This document shows, piece by piece, positions 1 to 9,223 of a stretch of 64,000 bases of DNA. Within the stretch, counting starts at the first letter, position 1. Each line of letters opens with the position of its first letter. Below the pieces are notes generated by a model, which was not told the DNA's origin, did no database searches, and worked only from the letters and a program-made list of their open reading frames with translations. Both the position numbers and the translations under genes were made by a program. The stretch is from a virus, in IMG/VR virus record IMGVR_UViG_3300021389_000012, positions 12,530 to 76,529 of that record, one strand, 5' to 3'.

Positions 1-2
1 GT

Positions 3-140
3 AGAGGCGTACTAAGTTATATGGAAGCAAAAGAACAATTTGACCGTAGAGTATTAGAAACCGATGAATACTACAACGGAATAATTAATGTAAGAGTAGG
101 TAGTTCAAAGATTCTTACAGAACACTTAAAAAAAGGTTGA
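3..140 (+). CDS. 3' end of a T4-like Seg/GIY-YIG-related endonuclease-like protein (5'-truncated by the window)
   Basis: Frame 3 reads RGVLSYMEAKEQFDRRVLETDEYYNGIINVRVGSSKILTEHLKKG*, which resembles the C-terminus (SYxEAKEQF..VL..DEYYNG.INVR) of a conserved GIY-YIG-like family in T4-like phages. The catalytic N-terminus is outside the window. Confidence 0.6.
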   Translation, partial: RGVLSYMEAKEQFDRRVLETDEYYNGIINVRVGSSKILTEHLKKG

Positions 141-165
141 CAACGCATAACTTTCTTGTTATTAT
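137..165 (+). promoter_or_regulatory. sigma70-type promoter
   Basis: TTGACA (137-142), 17 bp spacer, TATTAT (160-165), with an A-tract upstream. It points into a non-coding region. Confidence 0.75.
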
Positions 166-171
166 AACAAA

Positions 172-790
172 AGTAGCGTTTTAACTTTGTTTGAAGCAAA
201 TAATTAAAGCATCAGATAATTAATAGTGTAAAACCAAAACTCACACAGACATAAAGTCAAGCAATTACTGGCACAGTTCAAACCACAATCAGGCTAATAA
301 AAACTAACACAGGCTTCAAAGCTCCGATTGGTCGGCATAGGTCGACTCACCTTGAGGTTACGTAATCACGTGACTAGATACTGGTGTGCTTAATAATGTC
401 AATACACTGATTTGACAAATCAAAAAGATCAAGCTCTACGAACGCTCGTAACTTGAGGATAGTCCAAAAGTCGATACCATGGCTTCGGATGTTTCTGCGT
501 TAGAAAAGCAGTATGTAATAAGGGTACAGCGTAACCGCCCTTCCTAGGTGTTAAACTAGGTTTACTATGGTAATGTGGGTGCTGTTCTATGCCAAGAACT
601 CATTTTACACTTGGCCCGTAGTAGGCTAAGTGTGAATAAAATATCTTGCCAAGTAACCATCTTATAATCACATAAATAATAGTAAGACATAATATTTACA
701 ATAATCACTATTAAACAAATATTAAAAGCGTAAGCAACATACAGTGAACAAAGCGTTAGCTTTGTGAAACTGATGATATCGTAGATATCA
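172..790 (+). ncRNA. candidate large structured ncRNA and/or replication-origin region (family not recognised)
   Basis: About 670 bp with no credible ORF. The core at 324-640 is more GC-rich than its flanks and forms many nested helices with G-U pairs in the + sense. It lies downstream of a sigma70 promoter. Confidence 0.55.
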
Positions 791-815
791 ATTACATGAG
801 AGAACAATAACACAT

Positions 816-1259
816 ATGACGTTGGACGAATTTCAGAGTAAATTTTTAGAGTTTACTGAAAAGCAAGTTGAACCCCTTAAAGATGACGGATATCCAGTAT
901 GTCCGTATGCAAAAAGTGCCAGAATTAAACGGGCGTTGCAGTTCATTGATGGTCGTGATGATTTAACAGTAATGGATACTTTTGATCCTGAAACATATCA
1001 AATGGGTATTGTTTGGTTAGGTGATATTGATGATATTACTCCTGTAGAAAAAATTTGCGAGGAGTACAGAAAAAAGAATCCACATCTCTTATACTTTACT
1101 AGTACAAGACAAAGTGGACATTTTGTTAAAAACTTTACTGATTGTGTGTTTATTCAACGTGCTAACGACTTGTTAGAAAAACGCAAACACTTACATGATA
1201 ATACAAACTATTACGATAGTTGGCCCGAAGATTATTATAAACTAATAATGGGTCACTGA
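816..1259 (+). CDS. hypothetical protein, DUF1415-like (CPYAK motif)
   Basis: 147 aa ORF with VCPYAK, resembling the CP(F/Y)A motif of DUF1415-like proteins. Confidence 0.5.
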   Translation: MTLDEFQSKFLEFTEKQVEPLKDDGYPVCPYAKSARIKRALQFIDGRDDLTVMDTFDPETYQMGIVWLGDIDDITPVEKICEEYRKKNPHLLYFTSTRQSGHFVKNFTDCVFIQRANDLLEKRKHLHDNTNYYDSWPEDYYKLIMGH

Positions 1260-1485
1260 GTAGGACCCTTCCTCATATTATTAATTTCTTCAACACGTTT
1301 ATTCATACGTTCAATTAACAGTCTTATACTGTCAACTGGCATTGTCATAATATCTTGATAATTGATAGAACCTTCGCTACGAATCACTATATCTAAATAG
1401 CTAGCTTCTGTATCTTTTAGAATTTTATTATAACGTTCAATTAGCTCTACGATTTGCTCGGGCTGACGAGAAGCTATCAGCCCCC
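1253..1485 (-). CDS. gp51-like / tail-assembly-chaperone C-terminal extension, probably reached by -1 frameshift from the upstream gene
   Basis: No convincing start codon or RBS of its own. It lies in the -1 frame of 1477..2307 across T_TTT_TTC. SEGSINYQDIMTMPVDSIRLLIERMNK resembles gpGT/gpE'/gp51-type domains. Confidence 0.6.
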
Positions 1486-1492
1486 GAAAAAA
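1442..1492 (-). promoter_or_regulatory. putative -1 programmed ribosomal frameshift signal
   Basis: The mRNA reads AAT TTT TTC GGG GGC TGA, a canonical X_XXY_YYZ heptamer. It is followed by stem GGGCUGA/UCAGCCC, whose loop UAGCUU can pair with downstream GAGCUA. Confidence 0.6.
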
Positions 1493-2307
1493 TTTGCAAT
1501 ATCTAAATCTACACCAGTTTTCCAACTATGTCCACAATCTTGACAGTTAGCATTAAATTCAGTTTCTAATCCACTTTCACTTAATTCTTCTATCTTAGAT
1601 TTGATTAGTTCATAATCTTTTTTAGTAATAGTTTGTAGCCATTCACGAATTGTTTCTTTGTCAGTAATCAAGTCAGTATCTTTGCCCTGAACACTTACAG
1701 TACTATTAGTAATTAAATCAACTGTAAGTTCTGCTATCTCAATAAATGTTTTTCCAAAAAGTTCCTGTTGCATGGCCTCGTCAAGTTTTTGACTTGCTAA
1801 TCCTTGTATCATTTTACTTTGTTTAATTTGCTGAATTTGAAGTATAGTTCTATCTTTTAACGTGTAAGGATTACAAACAATTTTAAATTCACTTGGCAAT
1901 GTTATACTTTTTTCGACAGGCTCTTTTTTAGCCTTTGATAACATTATGTTTGCATCTAACTGTAATTGATTTTCATATTCACATTTGGGACATTTAACAT
2001 CCATTTCAATATGTTTACCATAGCTTGCTTGTCTAATCCCTACTAAGATTACAAGTAAATCACTTACTGGCATTGATTCTGGATTTTCAATGTCAGGGCA
2101 ACAACTTTTAATCAAACTTATTGTAGCTTCTCCGTTAAACAAAGCATCTGGTGTCTTAGTTATAAGTTCATCCCTTGCTGTCATGGCATACACAGCTAGC
2201 TCGTTATCTATACTAAGTTTTGGCTTTGTTTCATAATATTCACCGTTACTTGGTAATGGAACATATAAAGCAGGCTTTCTGTATGCTTGAATTAATGGGT
2301 TTGTCAT
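1477..2307 (-). CDS. T4 gp26-like baseplate hub / tail assembly chaperone
   Basis: 276 aa with LYVPLPSNG, AMTARDEL, two CxxC pairs (CPKC, CQDC) and a terminal NFF, typical of gp26-like proteins. Confidence 0.75.
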   Translation of the reverse strand: MTNPLIQAYRKPALYVPLPSNGEYYETKPKLSIDNELAVYAMTARDELITKTPDALFNGEATISLIKSCCPDIENPESMPVSDLLVILVGIRQASYGKHIEMDVKCPKCEYENQLQLDANIMLSKAKKEPVEKSITLPSEFKIVCNPYTLKDRTILQIQQIKQSKMIQGLASQKLDEAMQQELFGKTFIEIAELTVDLITNSTVSVQGKDTDLITDKETIREWLQTITKKDYELIKSKIEELSESGLETEFNANCQDCGHSWKTGVDLDIANFFGG

Positions 2308-2348
2308 AATTTGTATTTCTCCAATTATCTACATAGTTTATGATTTCC

Positions 2349-2378
2349 ATAAATAGTAGTATATACAATAGTATTTAT
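2349..2378. promoter_or_regulatory. divergent pair of T4-type late promoters
   Basis: ATAAATA on + (2349-2355) and on - (2372-2378) between divergent structural genes. Confidence 0.65.
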
Positions 2379-2409
2379 CTGAATTAAAATACCACTTAAT
2401 AGGAATAAC

Positions 2410-4362
2410 ATGAACCAAGAAGATATCAATAACATATTAGCTAGTTTGCCACCCTGGGTAACTGAAACTACACTACAATCAGTGAGCTCCAGTATGTTCA
2501 AGCAAAATGTTAATATGTCTTCTGTAGCGGCAGTATTAAGCAAAAAAGATGCTGCTACAATCAGAGAGATGGTTGATGACGCTAAAAAAAGTGAGCAACA
2601 ATCAGATAAACTAGGTGACGCATCAGTTAAAGCTGCACAAATAGCCAGTGGCGCAATGGGTAAAATTATGAGTAGCAGTCAGCCAGCTAATGCAGTTGCA
2701 GAACTTTCACATGAAGCAGCCAAACTATTAGCAAATGCAGGTATCGGGTTATCCAATATGGGAACAGGTCTTGGAAAATGGTCTAATATATTAAAAGGAA
2801 TATCCAGGCATGCAGGTACTCCACTTGTAGTTGGTACAGGGTTAGGTGTATTATTTGCAGGAATGTTAACAGAGCAAACAAAACAAGCACAAAAATTAAT
2901 TAGCTTTGGTGCCGTAGTTGCTGATACAGAACACTGGAACTACCTTAGACATGCTACTAGAGATTTAGGTATGGGGTTAAAAGATTTTGAAGGTGTTATG
3001 CAAGAAGCTAAACCATTTATAGTACAAGCCGAAGGTAATGCATTTAATGGTGCATTAAAGTTAGCCGAATTTGCAAAAGCCGTTGATGCTGATAAAACAT
3101 TTCGAGACTATGGTATGGGTTTACAAGACCAAACTAGAGTTATTGCACAAGAAATTGAAACATTATTTGAGTTAGGAGAAATTACTGAATTTAATAATAA
3201 AACTAAAGAACGTGTAATTAGATCATATGCTTCAGCAAATAAACTTGCAATGTTTACAGGTGATATCTTTGGTATGCAACGAGACGAAGCACTAAGACTT
3301 AGAGAAGAAGCAAGAAATAGTGTTGATCTAAGAGTGTCAGTAAAACAAAATGCACAGCATATCAATGACACATTTGGTGAACATGCATCAGAGTACATTG
3401 AACAAGCAGCTGGTATGGTTCATCCTATACTTACACAATTATTAGGAACAGACTTTGCAAATAAAATAAAAACCATGCATGAGAGTTTTGTTGGTGATAT
3501 TGAGTTTGATCAAACAGCAGCAAATGATATAACAGGAGAAATGGTAAAAACATTAGCACGTTCGCCAGATGCAACTCCGGCACTGATTAAACTTGTTGAA
3601 CAAATGGGTACAGGACAATTAAAAAATGAAAAAGAAGTACTAGAGGCCATTAAACCTCTTATATCAGCAATTTCGGATACTGCAATGTCAATAACTACTT
3701 CAGATCCAAATCTAGAAGAATTAAATCAGATAATAGCTAACTTAACAACTGCCGCAGGCTCTGAGGCTTTTTTACAATCAGATACAGATGTAATGTTGTC
3801 AAATTATTATGCTAATTTTGCCGATGCATCTGACACTAGCGTTGAAGTAATAAATAATTTAACAGTTGCATTTCAAAACATGCAAGAATTATTAACACCA
3901 GGGTTTGATACATTATCTGGAGGATTTACTTTACTATCAGACGGTATGATGACATTTGGTAAAGCAATAAGTAAAGCGTTCAATGATGGTGATGATTCAC
4001 ATTTTAAATTAAATTTAAAAGAGTTTGAAGATAAAAGAATAGAAAAGCGTTTATCAATGGTAAACGAACACAATATAGACTCTAACATAGAAATAGTTGA
4101 CATGCAATTAAAAACGTTAAATGAACAGCTTAAACTAAATGAAGAGTTACAAAAGTCTGGAGTGACTCCAGAGGTTGTAGATGAAGAAACTGGCGAAGTA
4201 ACTGGCGGCGTGGCTTTTGAAGAAGAAGATAAATTTATACTTAAACAACAAGCGTTGCAATTAAAAGAGTCTATTCTAGATACAACTGACTACCTGCAAT
4301 TATTAAGAGATAAAGATGCAAAATTGGATGCTAAAAAGGAGGCGACAGTAGTAGATGGCTGA
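2410..4362 (+). CDS. tape-measure-like / baseplate hub protein 1
   Basis: 650 aa, helical and Ala/Gly/Leu-rich. The N-terminal LPPWVTETTL motif is shared with the next gene. It lies next to the chaperone and portal genes. Confidence 0.55.
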   Translation: MNQEDINNILASLPPWVTETTLQSVSSSMFKQNVNMSSVAAVLSKKDAATIREMVDDAKKSEQQSDKLGDASVKAAQIASGAMGKIMSSSQPANAVAELSHEAAKLLANAGIGLSNMGTGLGKWSNILKGISRHAGTPLVVGTGLGVLFAGMLTEQTKQAQKLISFGAVVADTEHWNYLRHATRDLGMGLKDFEGVMQEAKPFIVQAEGNAFNGALKLAEFAKAVDADKTFRDYGMGLQDQTRVIAQEIETLFELGEITEFNNKTKERVIRSYASANKLAMFTGDIFGMQRDEALRLREEARNSVDLRVSVKQNAQHINDTFGEHASEYIEQAAGMVHPILTQLLGTDFANKIKTMHESFVGDIEFDQTAANDITGEMVKTLARSPDATPALIKLVEQMGTGQLKNEKEVLEAIKPLISAISDTAMSITTSDPNLEELNQIIANLTTAAGSEAFLQSDTDVMLSNYYANFADASDTSVEVINNLTVAFQNMQELLTPGFDTLSGGFTLLSDGMMTFGKAISKAFNDGDDSHFKLNLKEFEDKRIEKRLSMVNEHNIDSNIEIVDMQLKTLNEQLKLNEELQKSGVTPEVVDEETGEVTGGVAFEEEDKFILKQQALQLKESILDTTDYLQLLRDKDAKLDAKKEATVVDG

Positions 4363-6334
4363 TAAAACATATAATCTCCCAATAGGAGACGGAGCTATTG
4401 AAGTTCCTGCATGGGCAACCGAATCAACATTAGAAGCATTAGCTAATCAATCTTCTTCTTCAGTACGTCTCACTTCTAAACTTCTAAACACGGTTACAAA
4501 GAATGGTAAACTAGATGATGATATTATTGAAGCAGTTAAAACAAATACACAAATTGGAGTAACCAATGCTAAAGCAAACAGCGAAGAAGCAAGTCATAGA
4601 TCAAGTCTGCTATTAAAAGGAGCTCAAACAGTTAGAGATACTGCTGGTTTCTTTGGTGATTCAGAAAAACCATTATCAAGTATGGTATCGGCTGCAGAAA
4701 AAGTAGTAGGCAGTTTAAAAGGAACAGACGGTAAACTTAGCAAAGCATCTAAAAATCTAATAGCAGGCGACAGTGCAACAAGCGAAGTTTGGAAAAAAAT
4801 TGGTGGTGTTGCAGTAGATATTGGTTTTGCATGGGCAGGTTGGAACGCAGCTAAGTTTGAACAATTTGCTGAAGTTCAAAAAAGTATGATAAACAGTGGT
4901 GCTATTGTGTTTGAAACAGCTGACGCATTTGATGAATTATATACTGATGCATTTAAGTCAGGAATAACATATAAAACATTTGCAGATGTAGTTGCTAACT
5001 TTGGTGGAACAATGGTTGGGCTAGGTGGAAACGTGTCAGTGGGTTCTCAAAACATGATGAAGTTATTTAAAAGATTGGAAGTTAATGCTGATGAATTTGG
5101 AGACTTTGGACTAACAAATAAAGAATTATTAAACACATACGCTCAGTATATTGAAACACAACGTTTGACAGGTTCCCTAGATAGAAAACTAGCTGATGGC
5201 GGAGAATTACTTGAAGCAGGATATAAGGAATTAATGGTTGAATCAACTGCACTAGCTAGCCTATCAGCTTTAGATAGAAGCGATATCTTTCAGAAACAAA
5301 TGTCTGCGTTGAGTGATGTATCTTTAGCAGCAGGTACATCTAAATTAGAAGATCAAGGATTACAAGATACATCTAAGGTTGCTAAGGAACTAGTTAAACA
5401 ATTAGCAGTTCTTGATGGTATTGGACCCTCTGATTTTGTAGGCCAGCTTACCCAAGGAATTAGCAGAGGTATTGCTCAGTATAGTGAGAATCCGGAAAAT
5501 TTTGATATTAGACAAATTATATCTGGAATGGATGGTAAATTAGTAGGGCAATTAGAATACATTATGCCGGGCTTGTTTGACACAATTAATAGTTCAATAA
5601 TAAATGCAGAAGAAACTAATGGAGAAATATCAGAAACCTTAATATTAGATGCGGTACGAGACTTTAATCAAAAAAGGTTAGTAGCAGTTCAGGCAGCAGG
5701 TACTGATATGGGTAATATACAAGATATACAAGATACTTCTTTTCTAATATTAGAAATGTTTGGTAGTGTAACAAGTGAAGCCTATTTACAAGCCAAAAAA
5801 GATGGTAAAAAGCACCTTGATGCAAGTGGAGAAGGAGTAGAGGCAATAAACGATTTGTCAAAAATGTTCTTAACAGCACAAGAATTCATTACATTGCCAA
5901 TGCAAGATTTTGGAGAAAAAATGGATTTTGTATCAGGATTATTAGGCGATGGCGCAGGTTTTTTAAGTAACTTATTTAATGATTATACAGGCGAAAACGA
6001 TGCTAAAGCAGTTGGTGAAAGAGTCGTAGAACAGGTTACAGAACCCTTTAAAAACAATTATACTGGTGTTTCAGACGAAAGACAGGCAGAAATAACTAAC
6101 GCAACAATGCCACAATTAGTACAATGGTTGACAGATAACGAAAAGAATGCTAAAATAATAGAAAATGAATCACATCCTCATAGTAAAATAGCCCGTAAAG
6201 AAATTGGGATATTAAACAGAGAAAATGATTTGATAGAAGCACAAGTGAAAACATTAGAAGAACAAGTAAGGATAAAACAAAATATTCAGAATGCCGAAGA
6301 AGCAAAAATACTAGATGATTTAGTAAATGGTTAA
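4355..6334 (+). CDS. tape-measure-like / baseplate hub protein 2 (paralog)
   Basis: 659 aa with VPAWATESTL and similar architecture; overlaps the stop of the previous gene. Confidence 0.55.
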   Translation: MADKTYNLPIGDGAIEVPAWATESTLEALANQSSSSVRLTSKLLNTVTKNGKLDDDIIEAVKTNTQIGVTNAKANSEEASHRSSLLLKGAQTVRDTAGFFGDSEKPLSSMVSAAEKVVGSLKGTDGKLSKASKNLIAGDSATSEVWKKIGGVAVDIGFAWAGWNAAKFEQFAEVQKSMINSGAIVFETADAFDELYTDAFKSGITYKTFADVVANFGGTMVGLGGNVSVGSQNMMKLFKRLEVNADEFGDFGLTNKELLNTYAQYIETQRLTGSLDRKLADGGELLEAGYKELMVESTALASLSALDRSDIFQKQMSALSDVSLAAGTSKLEDQGLQDTSKVAKELVKQLAVLDGIGPSDFVGQLTQGISRGIAQYSENPENFDIRQIISGMDGKLVGQLEYIMPGLFDTINSSIINAEETNGEISETLILDAVRDFNQKRLVAVQAAGTDMGNIQDIQDTSFLILEMFGSVTSEAYLQAKKDGKKHLDASGEGVEAINDLSKMFLTAQEFITLPMQDFGEKMDFVSGLLGDGAGFLSNLFNDYTGENDAKAVGERVVEQVTEPFKNNYTGVSDERQAEITNATMPQLVQWLTDNEKNAKIIENESHPHSKIARKEIGILNRENDLIEAQVKTLEEQVRIKQNIQNAEEAKILDDLVNG

Positions 6335-6373
6335 TAATATGGATAAATACAAATACAATAAAAGGCACACATT

Positions 6374-8044
6374 ATGAGTTGGAAAAAACACTTTACAAAA
6401 TACGACCCATCGGGTACAAGTAGCGGAAACGCTAAAACAAACCGTTGGCAAAGTTGGTTACCGGAAGTATATTCGGGACAACCAAACCGTATTGAAAGAT
6501 ATACACAGTATGATCAGATGGATCAGGACAGTGAGATAAACGCGGCATTAGATACTATTGCAGAATTTAGTACACAATTAAATCCAGAATCAAATTTGCC
6601 GTTTGAAGTTAATTATAAAACAACTCCAACTGACTCAGAAGTAACTGCATTAGAAACAACACTAAAGCAATGGGTTAATATTAACAACTTTGAACGTAGA
6701 ATATTTACTATGTTTAGATCAGCTATTAAGTATGGTGATCAGTTCTTTATTAGAGATCCGGAAACATACAAACTTATATTTGTACAACCTGGCGATGTTG
6801 CTAAAGCTATTGTTAACGAAAGCGAAGGCAGAGAAATTGATCAATATGTTATTAAAAATATTGCACTTAATCTACAAGACTTAGTTGCAACTGATACTAA
6901 AAAACATTCTGATGCAACTGCGGTAAATCCAACAACAGGTTATACAGTTGGTAAAGGAAACGCAGGAATTGTAACACCAAACTCATCAGGCGGACAAAAT
7001 TCAGAATTTGCAGTAGACTCACAGCATGTTGTTCACGTAAGTTTAAGTGATGGCATGAACAGTAACTGGCCATTTGGTGACAGTATACTAGAACCAGTAT
7101 TTAAAGTATACAAACAAAAAGAATTATTAGAAGATAGTATTATTATCTATCGTGTACAACGTGCACCAGAACGTAGAGTATTTTACATTGACGTTGGTAA
7201 CATGCCAGCACACAAGGCAATGGGCTTTGTAGAAAGAGTTAAAAACGAAGTACACCAAACACGTATTCCAAATATGAGTGGTGGCGGTACAAAAGTTGTT
7301 GACGCTTCATATAACCCATTATCAATTATGGAAGATTACTTCTTTGCCCAAACGGCAGAAGGACGTGGATCTAAAGTTGAAGTATTACCAGGTGGTGAAA
7401 ACCTTGGTGAGATTGATGATTTAAAGTACTTTAATAACAAGTTAATGCGTGGACTTCGTGTACCAACATCGTACCTTCCTACTGGAAGTGAAGACGGTAT
7501 TGCGGCGTTTAATGACGGACGTATAGGTACTGCAATGATCCAAGAATTCCGTTTTGCAAAGTATTGCGAAAGATTACAACTAACACTACAACAAACATTA
7601 GACCACGAGTTTAAATTATTTTGTAAACACAGAGGTCTAGATGTTAGTGCCAGCTTATTTAATTTATCATTTAGTGAGCCACAAAGTTTCTCACAATATA
7701 GAACAATTGAAATTGATGCTCAAAAGGCAAACCTATTCAGTTCTATCGAAGGTGTTCCATACTTATCTAAGAGATTTATACTTCAAAGATATTTGGGTCT
7801 TAACGAAGAAGAAATGGTTGAGAACGAAAGAATGTGGAAAGAAGAAAATCAAGCTGGTAACAAGCCAGCCGGATCAGCAACAGGTGACTTGGGCGGAATG
7901 GGTCTTAGAGGCTCAGATGTAGACAGCTTTGAACCTACAGATGTAGGAGCAGAAAATGCCGATGACGAAGGATTAGATGATCTACCAGACGGCGGCGATG
8001 CCGATCTAGGTGGAGACACAGGAGTACCAGACGATGCGATTTAA
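6374..8044 (+). CDS. portal protein (T4 gp20-like)
   Basis: Contains IIIYRVQRAPERRVFYIDVGNMP, EDYFF and LPGGENLGEIDDLKYF. Late promoter ATAAATA at 6343-6349. Confidence 0.95.
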   Translation: MSWKKHFTKYDPSGTSSGNAKTNRWQSWLPEVYSGQPNRIERYTQYDQMDQDSEINAALDTIAEFSTQLNPESNLPFEVNYKTTPTDSEVTALETTLKQWVNINNFERRIFTMFRSAIKYGDQFFIRDPETYKLIFVQPGDVAKAIVNESEGREIDQYVIKNIALNLQDLVATDTKKHSDATAVNPTTGYTVGKGNAGIVTPNSSGGQNSEFAVDSQHVVHVSLSDGMNSNWPFGDSILEPVFKVYKQKELLEDSIIIYRVQRAPERRVFYIDVGNMPAHKAMGFVERVKNEVHQTRIPNMSGGGTKVVDASYNPLSIMEDYFFAQTAEGRGSKVEVLPGGENLGEIDDLKYFNNKLMRGLRVPTSYLPTGSEDGIAAFNDGRIGTAMIQEFRFAKYCERLQLTLQQTLDHEFKLFCKHRGLDVSASLFNLSFSEPQSFSQYRTIEIDAQKANLFSSIEGVPYLSKRFILQRYLGLNEEEMVENERMWKEENQAGNKPAGSATGDLGGMGLRGSDVDSFEPTDVGAENADDEGLDDLPDGGDADLGGDTGVPDDAI

Positions 8045-8228
8045 TGAATTAGCACAAAACGAAAAAGATGATAACTTCAATAAATGGGACGAGGATGATA
8101 CTCGTAGACCTAAATTGACACTAAAACATCTAAATAAAATGCGTAATAGACGCGAAATGACTCGTAGTGAGCATGCAGATAAGATAGAAGATGTGCAACT
8201 ACAGTACGGCGCTAGCCCCGAAGCATAG
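8034..8228 (+). CDS. small head-associated protein
   Basis: MRFNEL... start overlaps the portal stop; DTRRPKLTLKHLNKMR; located between the portal and core genes. Confidence 0.6.
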   Translation: MRFNELAQNEKDDNFNKWDEDDTRRPKLTLKHLNKMRNRREMTRSEHADKIEDVQLQYGASPEA

Positions 8229-8262
8229 TAAGTAATATACACTTATAATGCACAAAAACCTA

Positions 8263-8291
8263 GCCGTGGCATCAAAACCACGGTTTTTTTT
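8263..8291 (+). terminator. Rho-independent terminator
   Basis: GCCGTGG-catcaaaa-CCACGGT followed by a T-run. Confidence 0.75.
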
Positions 8292-8360
8292 GTATTTAAG
8301 ACATCTTGCCATCGGCCAAGACTAAATACATACGTTATAACCTTTAAAGGAGAATGTCAA

Positions 8361-9221
8361 ATGAGTACTCGCGAACGTTATATTAAAGTAATAGAAAGCC
8401 TAGTGAATGGTGAAGAAGCAAAAGCCTCTGATCTCCTACACGAAGCATTCGTAGAAAAAGCACGTGAAATCTGGAATGACCTAGTCGAAGCTGATGAAGT
8501 TGTTGAAGATGAAGTAGCGGAAGAAGAAATAGATGAAGCGATCGGTGACGAAAAAGCTGACGACTTCATTGACGACATCGAAGAAGATGATGACGAAATC
8601 AAAGCAGAAGAAATGTACGGCGAAGACGAAGAGGGCGAAGACGCTCCTGAATCAGATCTAAGCGACCCTGAAGCTGAAATGGAATTATCAGATGAAGATG
8701 GCGACATGGACTTTGATGGTGATGGTGAAGAATCAGCACACGAAGAAGAGCATGAAGAAATTGAAGATAAGTTAGTAAACGTCGAAGACGCACTAGCAGA
8801 TCTTAAAGCAGAATTTGCCAAAGTAATGGGTGATTCAGAAGAAGAAGCTATGCCAGAAATGGAACCAGAAATGGAACCAGAAATGGACATGGAACCAGAA
8901 ATGGAAGAAGCAGTATCTCCAGTAATTGAAGAAACTGATGCTGAAACTGATGAAGACTCAGAAGAAATCGAAGAAGGTGCAGAACTAAAAGCAGCTCCAG
9001 TAAGTATGCCAGCAGGCGATGACGGTAAATCGTCACCAGTTGCAGGTAAGAACGACATGGGCGGCAAAACAGTAGACATGTCTAAGAAATCTTCAGAAGG
9101 TGCAAAAAAAGGTCTTACAGGCGATGCTAAAGATATGAACGTTGATGGTCCACAAGACATAGACGATCTTAAAGCAGAACCAAAAGGACATGGCGCTGAG
9201 AAAAAAGGCAAAAGTAACTAA
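8361..9221 (+). CDS. acidic prohead core protein
   Basis: 286 aa, extremely D/E-rich, with an EMEP tandem repeat at about 8853-8910. It precedes the prohead protease. RBS AAGGAG; late promoter CTAAATA at 8322. Confidence 0.75.
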   Translation: MSTRERYIKVIESLVNGEEAKASDLLHEAFVEKAREIWNDLVEADEVVEDEVAEEEIDEAIGDEKADDFIDDIEEDDDEIKAEEMYGEDEEGEDAPESDLSDPEAEMELSDEDGDMDFDGDGEESAHEEEHEEIEDKLVNVEDALADLKAEFAKVMGDSEEEAMPEMEPEMEPEMDMEPEMEEAVSPVIEETDAETDEDSEEIEEGAELKAAPVSMPAGDDGKSSPVAGKNDMGGKTVDMSKKSSEGAKKGLTGDAKDMNVDGPQDIDDLKAEPKGHGAEKKGKSN

Positions 9222-9223
9222 TT

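Noticed and set aside
360-480. Group I intron with a GIY-YIG homing endonuclease (P7-like GACUA/UAGUC)
   Set aside because: No recognisable P3' or canonical J8/7, and no downstream exon (the frame of the 816 ORF is closed at 774). An independent promoter precedes the region. Kept only as a structural resemblance.
565-813. 82-aa minus-strand ORF
   Set aside because: Low-complexity hydrophobic translation of an AT-rich, structured non-coding region; no RBS.
8378-9211. Long Ser-rich antisense ORF, and the many similar minus-strand ORFs in the track
   Set aside because: These are shadows of biased codon usage (GAA/GAT/GCA) in the real + strand genes.
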